A stretch of 64,000 nt of DNA, taken from positions 64,001 through 128,000 of the IMG/VR virus record IMGVR_UViG_3300031857_023573; one strand, 5' to 3'. Positions within the stretch are counted from its first letter, which is position 1; each line of letters begins with the position of its first letter. Under the pieces are notes generated by a model, which was not told the DNA's origin, searched no databases, and worked only from the letters and a program-made list of their open reading frames with translations. A program made the position numbers and the translations under genes. This stretch comes from a virus (taxonomy: Duplodnaviria; Caudoviricetes). Positions 10,424-19,853 of the stretch are shown piece by piece.

Positions 10424-13240
10424 TTAATATTGAATATCTCTTACGTCTATTTGATATTTTTCCGAGATAGGAATTTGATCTAACTCATTAATACGAGTTA
10501 TTCTAATCATTAGACCTTTATTTATGTCTAAATATGGTAAATTTGAAAGAAGTGAGCTACTTGCACTGTGTAAAGTAAGTGGTAGTTGACCACTAACATA
10601 ATCCATAAAATCTGAATTTACTGAAACATCAAGTGTAATTGTTGATGATGTGGCACTCACTGATGTTACAGAATATTGTCCAGAAAAATCAAATACTGAG
10701 CTTGTACCCACAAAAAGATTATTTAATGTAAAAACATCACCTTGTTTTATTGAATTATAAACAATGTTTGCATCAGTATCAAAACTTAATTCAAGAAGAT
10801 TATTTGATGTTACTGTTATATCTTTAGTAAAATCAACATTAAATTTAAAATTTTTCCAAGTCTTTGCAGAGTTTGGTTGAGAGGTTATTGAATTATAAAA
10901 AACAGGCAAATCTATATCACTTACTACTAATGTTTCAATTAAAGAAGTATTTGCAGCTCCAGTCGCTATTGATCCGCTACCTTCTAGAAAATCAAGATTT
11001 ACTGTTGATGTGCCGGTCGGATCACTAACACTTCCAAGTCCAAGAGGGTTAATTGTTGATATAAAAATATCTAACTTCTTATTCTGTGTACTCAAATCAG
11101 AGCCAGTGATGAAAATATCAACACTTTGCCTAAACTCAAGGTCTGATGTCATGAGAAGTTTTAATTTACCATCATTTGGTAATAATAATGATACTTCATC
11201 ATTATTTATTATGTTTACTGAAAAGTCCTTATATCTCGGTACAGTAACACTAACAGGTACCGCACCGTCAGCATTGTACATATCAGTGGTGTTATAGTTT
11301 TCAATCTTAAAATACCTTCTATCAATACTATTATATCTTATAAAAGGTGGACTAGTCTCTGAAACCAATTCAACTTCGATGGTATTCGATGAGAAAGACT
11401 GCATAGTGCTATAACTTTTCAAAAGTTCTTCTAAATTCGAAATTTTAGAATTTATTGTAGCGAAATCTCTCTGAGAATAAATTAGTTGTTTAACACTCAA
11501 AATTTGATCTTTTAATGATGAGTGCTCACTAATAATATTCAAAAAACTATCATTTACTGAAGCTAATCTCTTCATAGCTTCATTGAAAAGAGTCATACTG
11601 AATACAGAATTTACGGATTCTGGATTATAAGCCTCGATTGGATTGTCATTAATTATATTAAAGTTGAGATTAAGAGCAAATGCATATGATGTACCATCTT
11701 GATTACCATTTGCAACTAGTTTTCTATATGTTGGGAATCTTATCCCGATTTCAGCATCTTTTGGATTATTGTCTGGGTTGTCTAAGAAAGAAATACCGTA
11801 TAGATTTGTTTTCTTAGTACCATTTTGATCTTCTACTGTATAATACCACAAAATTGCATTAAATTCAAAATCTTGCGGTGGTTGATTATTTACCTCCAGT
11901 CCATTAAATTGGTCAAAGTTTGAAAGCTGTCTATCTGGTAGATTCATCTTTACATAGTGAGCTGTATCTAAATCAATAACAACTCCATCTATATTACTTC
12001 CATCAACAATTGGCGTATTAATATCGCCACTAACACCGTAAAAATCACCACTTCTTCTTAAAGAATCACCATTCGATGTTTCATATGTAAAATCTTCTGT
12101 ATCAAATTGTCCATAATAAGAACCTGGATAGTTCTGTGGAGTATTTACTATTGGTGATGAGAAAAGTTCAGATCCAAGTATCTCTGGTTGATATTGACTC
12201 GGTATAATAGGAAAAGACATTCCTGGAGTGTAGTTGTTATCTGCCAGAGTTCTAAATAAAATATCAGGAGTTCTACCGGTGTGATCAGGTACGTGAGCAT
12301 AAACCTCTGTGTAGGCTTTATTTGCCTCTTGAACGTTTGATATACCATTAACCTCACCAATGTATTTCACAAGTGGATGATATACTAAATTACCATAACT
12401 TAAACCACCTGGTGAGGCACTACTTCCACTAAATGGGAAATCTATCACAACTAATTGATTGCCACAACAACCACCATCAGTAATTTCTAGAACTGTTACT
12501 TGAATAGGTCCGGGCCATTCCGTATATACTCCAACCCCAAATAGGGCATCTAATAGATCTTGATTAGTGATATCACCATCAAGTATAATTGTATCACCTG
12601 GTTGAAATCCAGTTTCGTTCTGAAAAGTAAGAGCAAGTGCTTGATCACCTATAGAAACTAATTGACCATCTATAGTAGCTGTGAAGTCACCGAATTGAAT
12701 AAAAACATATTGAGATGTTTGTCTTTCTCTCCATAAATATTCTCTAAAATAAGTATCATCGGTAACACTATTTCTTGAAAATTCTTCTAAAGTGTCTATG
12801 TATTCGTCTTGTGGTAGAGCTGGTTCGAATTCAATAAGACCTAGTTTTCTACACCATTTCCAGAATATTTTTTCAGCAGTTGTTTCAAGTGCCGTATTGT
12901 CATAATAATATTCTGTGTTATTTAGTCTTGATTCTCTTATTGTAATTTCGTGATTTGCTACGTAATTTCTTAGTGATTCGATTACTTGATCTTTGAATGT
13001 TTCAGCTACTGTCAAAGATGAGCTATTAAATGTTGTTGTAAAATCCCAGGTTATTCTTTCTGATTGGGTACCACCAGGTGATGAGGTATTTTGTATTGGA
13101 AAATCCAATAAAACATACTTTGAGAAGTACATTTTATAATTTGAATTTTGGTACGCTGCTGATATATCTTCGGCTGCACCTGGAAAAGCATAAAAAGATG
13201 TTCCGTTGGTTTTAAGAAATTTATAAAGTGGTGTAACCAT
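10424..13240 (-). CDS. Large hypothetical virion protein
   Basis: 938-aa ORF with a central coiled coil, preceded by AATATATA. Confidence 0.6.
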   Translation of the reverse strand: MVTPLYKFLKTNGTSFYAFPGAAEDISAAYQNSNYKMYFSKYVLLDFPIQNTSSPGGTQSERITWDFTTTFNSSSLTVAETFKDQVIESLRNYVANHEITIRESRLNNTEYYYDNTALETTAEKIFWKWCRKLGLIEFEPALPQDEYIDTLEEFSRNSVTDDTYFREYLWRERQTSQYVFIQFGDFTATIDGQLVSIGDQALALTFQNETGFQPGDTIILDGDITNQDLLDALFGVGVYTEWPGPIQVTVLEITDGGCCGNQLVVIDFPFSGSSASPGGLSYGNLVYHPLVKYIGEVNGISNVQEANKAYTEVYAHVPDHTGRTPDILFRTLADNNYTPGMSFPIIPSQYQPEILGSELFSSPIVNTPQNYPGSYYGQFDTEDFTYETSNGDSLRRSGDFYGVSGDINTPIVDGSNIDGVVIDLDTAHYVKMNLPDRQLSNFDQFNGLEVNNQPPQDFEFNAILWYYTVEDQNGTKKTNLYGISFLDNPDNNPKDAEIGIRFPTYRKLVANGNQDGTSYAFALNLNFNIINDNPIEAYNPESVNSVFSMTLFNEAMKRLASVNDSFLNIISEHSSLKDQILSVKQLIYSQRDFATINSKISNLEELLKSYSTMQSFSSNTIEVELVSETSPPFIRYNSIDRRYFKIENYNTTDMYNADGAVPVSVTVPRYKDFSVNIINNDEVSLLLPNDGKLKLLMTSDLEFRQSVDIFITGSDLSTQNKKLDIFISTINPLGLGSVSDPTGTSTVNLDFLEGSGSIATGAANTSLIETLVVSDIDLPVFYNSITSQPNSAKTWKNFKFNVDFTKDITVTSNNLLELSFDTDANIVYNSIKQGDVFTLNNLFVGTSSVFDFSGQYSVTSVSATSSTITLDVSVNSDFMDYVSGQLPLTLHSASSSLLSNLPYLDINKGLMIRITRINELDQIPISEKYQIDVRDIQY

Positions 13241-13321
13241 TTTTTACAACTCAGTTTTTTGTATATATATTTAGATTGGTGGGCTCCAGAAACAATCCTA
13301 ATTTTTTTCATATAAATTAAA

Positions 13322-13765
13322 ATGTTTATACAAATTTTAGGTCATATTTTCTATTTCATTGGACTTTTTGTTCTTATTATGTCTTTTTCAAATATGTTCA
13401 ATTTTTTGAAATTCATCACAATAAAGAACTGGTTCGACTCTTTCAAAAAGATAACCGGGAAAGATGCTAAAAAATCTGACTTCAGAAGTCCAGAAGACTA
13501 TAACATTTTCTCAATTTATGTTACTTTTATCTTTGCTGAATTTTTCTGGCTTTTATTCGGACTTGCAACTTCTAGTTGGTATATTTTCCTACCACTTTTA
13601 ACATTAGACATGTGTTACAAGTTTTTTGTTTCTTCAACTTCTAATTTATTATCATTAAAGAAAGTAATAGGTCAGACATTTAGTTGTATAAAATTCTCAA
13701 TAATATTAATTCTAATATTAAATCACTTTCATTTACATATAAATTGGATTGAATTATTTAGATAA
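13322..13765 (+). CDS. Small integral membrane protein (3-4 TM)
   Basis: Hydrophobic segments flanking a basic loop. Confidence 0.65.
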   Translation: MFIQILGHIFYFIGLFVLIMSFSNMFNFLKFITIKNWFDSFKKITGKDAKKSDFRSPEDYNIFSIYVTFIFAEFFWLLFGLATSSWYIFLPLLTLDMCYKFFVSSTSNLLSLKKVIGQTFSCIKFSIILILILNHFHLHINWIELFR

Positions 13766-14107
13766 CTCTTTTACAAATTCAACAACGGCAGCTTGAGTTC
13801 CATTAATTGTATATTCATATAGACCGAAACTACCAGTTTCAGAAGCTGGTTTATCAAAAAATTTAACATCATTTAAGCACTCATCTATTTGATTTCTATA
13901 TTTAAGATAAAAATCATAGATATCTGAATCATTTATAAATCCTTCTATTTTTACTTCTTTAGGATCTTTGATAAAAGATTCAACAAATGATTTAAATTCA
14001 CCACCAGATTTTTCGATAGTTTTTTCAATCATCTTTTTTACTTCCTCGATGACTTCTTGAAACTTATTTGCTTCAATCGCTTCTGTAAATTTTCTTATTC
14101 TATTCAT
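13754..14107 (-). CDS. Hypothetical protein, weak capsid-targeting-like N-terminus
   Basis: MNRIRKFTEAIEA; AATATATA directly upstream. Confidence 0.6.
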   Translation of the reverse strand: MNRIRKFTEAIEANKFQEVIEEVKKMIEKTIEKSGGEFKSFVESFIKDPKEVKIEGFINDSDIYDFYLKYRNQIDECLNDVKFFDKPASETGSFGLYEYTINGTQAAVVEFVKELSK

Positions 14108-14117
14108 ATACTATATA

Positions 14118-17100
14118 TTAACCCCAAACACCATTAAACCATCCATTATACCAAATACCTCCGTTAAAGTACCCTTCATCAAAAACTCCGTTAAACCATA
14201 TTCCAGAGTTCCAGGTTGATGCTTTGAAACTTGAAACACATTTTATACCGAGGTTATTTGATATTCCTGTATCAACAGACATTATATCTACCAATAGTTG
14301 ATCCACAAAAACTTCAGTTCTATTAAGATCTTCATCAATATTTGTATCAAGTACAGTATATTTTCTTGGGTTATTTGTTGAACCAAAATCAGAGTATACA
14401 CCAGTTATAAGGTTATCAACAATATAGAAAATATCACCTATATTAAACCTATAAACGCCACTCAGTGTGAATCTATTGTCGTCAGTGTTTATTCTAATAA
14501 TATTAACTTCATTTGATATACCACCTTGCCACAATGAAGAGTTAAAGTTGATATTATAAACATCACCACCGTAGAATACACCACCGCTAAAAACACCAGT
14601 GTACCATTTTGAATATTTATGAATTTCAGAAACATCTGGTAAACCTTGGTCGTTTATATTTAGGAATGAATGGAATTGTCCTTTTATAAATTTACCACCA
14701 TACCATATAGAATTTCTACTATTAAATGACTTTGTTCCAAATCTTGAGATTTTACCTCCTTGTTCATTAAACTCACCATCATACCAGATACCATTTTCAA
14801 AATCACCACCGTTAAATTTACCATCTAACCAGTATGATAGACTACTATCTGTGTTGAAAATTCCGTTATACCAAGTTCCGAGTACCCAAGTACCGCCAAG
14901 GAACTGACCATTATTCCAAGTGCCATCATTCCAAGTTCCATCAAACCATCTACCACTGCCCCAAGTACCTCCATACCATCTACCACTATACCAGGATCCA
15001 TTTTCCCAACTTCCACCAAACCATCTGCCACCATACCACGTAGAGTTAAACTCATCAGTTCTTAAATTATCAACTTTAACACTTAAAAGTTTATCTGTAA
15101 TTTGTTTAGATGTCCACACCCCATCATACCAGTCTCCAGATTTCCAAGTACCAGAAATCCAAGTACCACCAAACCATCTTCCACCTTCCCAGATGCCTCT
15201 ATACCAAATAAGGTTTTGATCTTGATCCATTCCGATTATTGCATCAGAGACTTCAGCATCTAGTATCCAGTAGTATTTTTCAGTCAGACTTACTAAATCC
15301 AGTCCATCAATTAATCTGAATCTAAATTTATTAAAATCAACATTTTCTAACTTGTACTTATCATCTACTAATTTGTACATTTCTGTTGTGATTTCAACAG
15401 ATTGTTTAACTTTTTTATCACCAACTCCCAAATCGAATATATCAACGGGTTGAAAATTCAAAAATGGATCTTTCCTCGTAACAGAAGCGACTAAATTGTC
15501 AAGAGGAAATACTCCAGCGAATGGTACATTTAGTTCTATAAAATAATCATCAATTACATTCACTGTATGAAAGCCAAGGTATTCTGTGTGGTTTGGTGTA
15601 CTTGCTGTTGCAGTTTTTATAGTAACTGCATCACCAGTTTTTAACCCGTGTTTATCACCAAATGCAATTTGATATAATCCATTTACAGAACTAAAAATTC
15701 CATTCACATCTAACAACAGATCTCGATCTAATTTAGTCATCTGTATTGCAAGGTTTCCCTCGAAATCGGTATACACTATTCCAGAAACATTCTTAATTAC
15801 ATCTAAATCTGCGGTAAGTGCCTTAGTATATGAGTCAGTTGGAATTTTAAACTTAATTGGTGTTTGATAATTTGTGAACGTAAAACCAGGTTCAATTTCA
15901 ATTTCAGACCAAATATTACCGTCTGAATCATCATACGGTCTATGAATGTTATTCATATATTGTAAATCTTCTGATATCTGTCTTAAAGTTCTTCTACTGT
16001 GTATTGTAATTGCCGAGGTATCATTTGTGCCTTCGAATTTTTGATGAAAAACTATAACATAATATGGTTCGGTGTATGTAGTATTATCGTAATATTTATC
16101 AACTATTAACAGTCGATTTGTAGTATGAACAACACCCGAAGGCGGATAACCTGTTCCTTGTTTCACTTGAATATCAACAAATGTCCATAAAAGAAACGAG
16201 TCCCAAATTGGCTTTAAATTAATACCAAAAAATAGTTTATTACTTTCAGATTGACCAGAATATGGATTTGGTATGAAGTCTACGTAAATTAAATTGTCAT
16301 TTACAACACTTGTATCTGCAATTCCGGAATCTGGTCCAGGTATATCATCATATTTTGGCAAAACCAAAAACTCTTTACTAGGAACAAATATTGAGTCATC
16401 AATAAAATTCAAGTAACTTAATAAATTATACGTAGGTGTATAACCAAAATTCAAGAATTGAGATTTATATCTTATATCATCTTGTAGCAAATATCCAGAA
16501 GTATTCAAAACTTGTACATTTGCTTGTAAATTGTAGTAAGCTGAATATTGACTATACTTACCAGTAATTTGAAAAGACTGTGTTAATCCCACTGGTGAAG
16601 CAACTGGTACCGGATAGTCTGACTCTTTTACTTCGATTTCATATGCATATGAGATGTAGTGTTTTTTGAAGTTATCTAGAAATAGTGAGTTGTAGTTCAA
16701 CTCGGTTATAGTAAGTGAAATATCTCCTGAACCACCTATTTGATTAGTTGTTGATAAATAAATAATATCACCAACTGAGTATTTGTAACCAGGATTGTTT
16801 ACTGCAATACTTACAACATTTCCAGCTCCGTTTATCTGTACATCAAAAGTCGCACTATATCCAATTGCACTTGTTGACGATAGATTTTTATAAGATCCTT
16901 GATTGTAACCAGCGCCAACAAAAGTTTGTGTGAATGTCCCAATACCTCCTGTAGTTGTTGGATATTTATTTAAATTTGTTACAGATATTAAGGTACTTTC
17001 ATTTAGATTATTTAGTATATTCTGATTAAAGTTCGTATAAAAATATTGAAAGTGTCTAGCATTACCACCTACTATTTGCGTGAAAACTTTGTTTATTATA

Positions 17101-19607
17101 AATCTTCCAGTTACTACATCAGATTCTATGTAAATTACATCTCCTTTTTTAGGTGCGGTATCACCACTAGGTATTATAACTAACCATATACCTAGAAATC
17201 CATAAAAATATAAGCTTCTGATGACTGCAGGTGCTGATATCGCAGTTACTCCTTCTCTATACCTACTAGTTTCTGACGGCATTAGAGGTTGAATCTGTGA
17301 GTATTGAATTGTCACATTAGTTGATGAATAGGTAAATACGCCGGATAAACTATCTGAACTATTAAATTCAAAAGAAGGTTCAACCTTGAATCCATCTGAT
17401 AAGTGAGTATAATATTCAAAAGTTTTTAGTGAGTCTTTCCAGTATGTAATCCAGTTTGTTTCTAGGTAACTTTGAGAACCAGAATCATAAATTTCGTTTG
17501 TATTTCTTCCGAAGTTTATAGAAGTTTCAGTTACTGCAGAAGCATCTACAAGATAGCTGACAGGAATTAAAAACCTTTCTGGTAGTCTATATTGACCAAA
17601 ATCATCAAACCAGTTAAGTTTTGAACCCTGATCGTAATTCATGAAAAGCAGTCTTGGCTTTAATTTATCGAAAAATGTACTATCATAAACATCTGTGCGA
17701 GTCGGTGTGTTTGAGTAGTTAGAAGTCAACCACAGAGATTCATTACCTGTTAATATAAGCTCAGAATCATTGTAGTTATAGAGTTTATTTACTCCAGACT
17801 GTGTGAAAAAATTAGCGAAAGTATTTGTTAAAATATTACTTTCTGAGTTTGAAAATGTTACACCACCAGCAAATGGGTTAACTCTATAAATATTTGTGAA
17901 GTTTGAGAAGTATAAGTTAGGTGATCTATAAATAACACTATTAATATCACCATATGTGAGATTAGTTCCTAAATGTATAAAACTACCGTTTTCATTTACC
18001 ACATTCTGTAAGTCATAAAGATACAGATTGTTATTTGTACTTGAAATTGCTATGAATGATGCTGTTGCTGTATCAAAAGTCGATGGTATTCTTTCGAAAT
18101 ATTCCAAATCTGTGATATCATCAACTAAAAGGTATTCATCATCAGCGTCAACAAATTTAGAAACTCTTCTTTTAAAAGCGGTCCAGTTTCCTGACTCATA
18201 AAAAAAGTCAATAAATACTCCATTATCACCACCAACATAAAATCTATCTATGTTCAAATAAAGAGCAATATTATAATTATACTTGTCGAAATCAACAAGG
18301 TTAATTCTAGTCCAAGAATCACCACCATCATCGGTTATCCAGAGCTGATTAAATTTACCAACTACAACACCTTTTAAATCATTATAAAATGAAACAGAGT
18401 TTAGTGTAGTTATAACTTTACCCTCGTTTTGATATATCCTCGGATCTCTCGGTGTACCGGGTTTTGGTGGCACGAGAGTTTCTTCTAGTTTTACTTTTTC
18501 AATTGTAAAGTCTATTTTGTTAACCCTTAAAAGAGTACCATCATCTCCACATATCCAGTAATATTTTGATGATTGCGCTATTCCTCTTAGGGCGGTTTTA
18601 TACTTTGAACCTATAATATTAGTATATCCTTCTTGATCTACTAAAATCCCCCCGAACTCACCAACACTAATTGATCTTTCTGGTATTGTATAAACTATAT
18701 CATCTACTGTTATGCTTTGTGTTCCGTGTTTGAACGTATCATTTAGTACTAGCTCGAATAGATTATTATAATCCATTCTATTTCTTAAAACATAATTTTT
18801 TTTCTGTGTAAAGTAAACTGATTCGTTTTTCTGATATTCAGGGAAAAACCCATTTGTTAATCTTGAAAGTGACCAATAAGTCTCTCTATTTGATGTTCCT
18901 AGTTTTACACAGATTGAATATTTAATTAAGTTTTCATAAAGATCTAAATCACTTGTTCTAACAAGCCTTGAGTTTGTATACGTGTAGATTCCATTTTCGC
19001 TTGTATATACTTGATAAGTAATATTTGTACCAACCTCATCGATAATTCGATAAAATCCTTGAAAATAAGTATCTGGATTAGTTGAACTTGGTAGTGTTAT
19101 ATTAGTTACTTGGTCTTTTACAAGTACTCTATGACCCTCTTTTAGAGTAACACTATCAATTACAAAATTTGTTATCGATTGAGTTAAATTTTCATATCTT
19201 TGGTTTGTTGCAACATCTACATAAAAAAGATTTTTATACTGACTTTCAATTAATCTTGTTGGTGTGAAAAGATTTTTTAAAGTAAGTCCATATTCAGGTA
19301 GAAACTTTTCTAAAAGGTCATATTGTGAAGCTGTTGATATAATTGGTACTTCATTATCTACAGCACCACCATAAGGATTTAGATAGGGAGATAAAAATGT
19401 TGTATAGTTATAGTTTCTTAATATTTTATTAGATAACATCTCGTAGATATCATCTAAATTATTCATAGTTACAAACGTAGATCCACTAAGAACCTTTTGA
19501 TAGAATCTTAAAGATTTTAGATCTTGTTTAAGTGAGTCAAAGTCTGATCTATCTAAAGTATCAACTTTTGCGGTCCATTTATTTGTATCATTATTTAAAA
19601 TCCACAT
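14118..19607 (-). CDS. Very large virion protein with BNR/Ycf48-like propeller segment and C-terminal GxW pentapeptide repeats
   Basis: WITDDGGDSWT BNR-like motif; WxxGxWxxGxW repeats at about 14550-15210. Confidence 0.7.
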   Translation of the reverse strand: MWILNNDTNKWTAKVDTLDRSDFDSLKQDLKSLRFYQKVLSGSTFVTMNNLDDIYEMLSNKILRNYNYTTFLSPYLNPYGGAVDNEVPIISTASQYDLLEKFLPEYGLTLKNLFTPTRLIESQYKNLFYVDVATNQRYENLTQSITNFVIDSVTLKEGHRVLVKDQVTNITLPSSTNPDTYFQGFYRIIDEVGTNITYQVYTSENGIYTYTNSRLVRTSDLDLYENLIKYSICVKLGTSNRETYWSLSRLTNGFFPEYQKNESVYFTQKKNYVLRNRMDYNNLFELVLNDTFKHGTQSITVDDIVYTIPERSISVGEFGGILVDQEGYTNIIGSKYKTALRGIAQSSKYYWICGDDGTLLRVNKIDFTIEKVKLEETLVPPKPGTPRDPRIYQNEGKVITTLNSVSFYNDLKGVVVGKFNQLWITDDGGDSWTRINLVDFDKYNYNIALYLNIDRFYVGGDNGVFIDFFYESGNWTAFKRRVSKFVDADDEYLLVDDITDLEYFERIPSTFDTATASFIAISSTNNNLYLYDLQNVVNENGSFIHLGTNLTYGDINSVIYRSPNLYFSNFTNIYRVNPFAGGVTFSNSESNILTNTFANFFTQSGVNKLYNYNDSELILTGNESLWLTSNYSNTPTRTDVYDSTFFDKLKPRLLFMNYDQGSKLNWFDDFGQYRLPERFLIPVSYLVDASAVTETSINFGRNTNEIYDSGSQSYLETNWITYWKDSLKTFEYYTHLSDGFKVEPSFEFNSSDSLSGVFTYSSTNVTIQYSQIQPLMPSETSRYREGVTAISAPAVIRSLYFYGFLGIWLVIIPSGDTAPKKGDVIYIESDVVTGRFIINKVFTQIVGGNARHFQYFYTNFNQNILNNLNESTLISVTNLNKYPTTTGGIGTFTQTFVGAGYNQGSYKNLSSTSAIGYSATFDVQINGAGNVVSIAVNNPGYKYSVGDIIYLSTTNQIGGSGDISLTITELNYNSLFLDNFKKHYISYAYEIEVKESDYPVPVASPVGLTQSFQITGKYSQYSAYYNLQANVQVLNTSGYLLQDDIRYKSQFLNFGYTPTYNLLSYLNFIDDSIFVPSKEFLVLPKYDDIPGPDSGIADTSVVNDNLIYVDFIPNPYSGQSESNKLFFGINLKPIWDSFLLWTFVDIQVKQGTGYPPSGVVHTTNRLLIVDKYYDNTTYTEPYYVIVFHQKFEGTNDTSAITIHSRRTLRQISEDLQYMNNIHRPYDDSDGNIWSEIEIEPGFTFTNYQTPIKFKIPTDSYTKALTADLDVIKNVSGIVYTDFEGNLAIQMTKLDRDLLLDVNGIFSSVNGLYQIAFGDKHGLKTGDAVTIKTATASTPNHTEYLGFHTVNVIDDYFIELNVPFAGVFPLDNLVASVTRKDPFLNFQPVDIFDLGVGDKKVKQSVEITTEMYKLVDDKYKLENVDFNKFRFRLIDGLDLVSLTEKYYWILDAEVSDAIIGMDQDQNLIWYRGIWEGGRWFGGTWISGTWKSGDWYDGVWTSKQITDKLLSVKVDNLRTDEFNSTWYGGRWFGGSWENGSWYSGRWYGGTWGSGRWFDGTWNDGTWNNGQFLGGTWVLGTWYNGIFNTDSSLSYWLDGKFNGGDFENGIWYDGEFNEQGGKISRFGTKSFNSRNSIWYGGKFIKGQFHSFLNINDQGLPDVSEIHKYSKWYTGVFSGGVFYGGDVYNINFNSSLWQGGISNEVNIIRINTDDNRFTLSGVYRFNIGDIFYIVDNLITGVYSDFGSTNNPRKYTVLDTNIDEDLNRTEVFVDQLLVDIMSVDTGISNNLGIKCVSSFKASTWNSGIWFNGVFDEGYFNGGIWYNGWFNGVWG

Positions 19608-19608
19608 A

Positions 19609-19824
19609 TTATCTCTTAACTTTTAATTTCCAAGTAACTGTTTTTGTATTCACATCTATGTAGTTTGTAGAAATCGTTACTTTAGATTTCTGTAAAATTT
19701 GTTTAATTTCGTCTATAAATTCATCATACTTATAGATGTCAGAAATATACTCTCCTACATCAATGAGAAACTCATCGTTATCTGAGAAAATCAAATTATA
19801 TACTAATTCGTCTTTATATTTCAT
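19609..19824 (-). CDS. Hypothetical protein
   Basis: 71-aa ORF after AATATATA, abutting the next gene. Confidence 0.6.
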   Translation of the reverse strand: MKYKDELVYNLIFSDNDEFLIDVGEYISDIYKYDEFIDEIKQILQKSKVTISTNYIDVNTKTVTWKLKVKR

Positions 19825-19853
19825 AAACTATATATTAAAGACGTTGTTTTTTA

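Noticed and set aside
13322-13765. Holin call
   Set aside because: Size and TM pattern are compatible, but there is no adjacent endolysin or diagnostic motif
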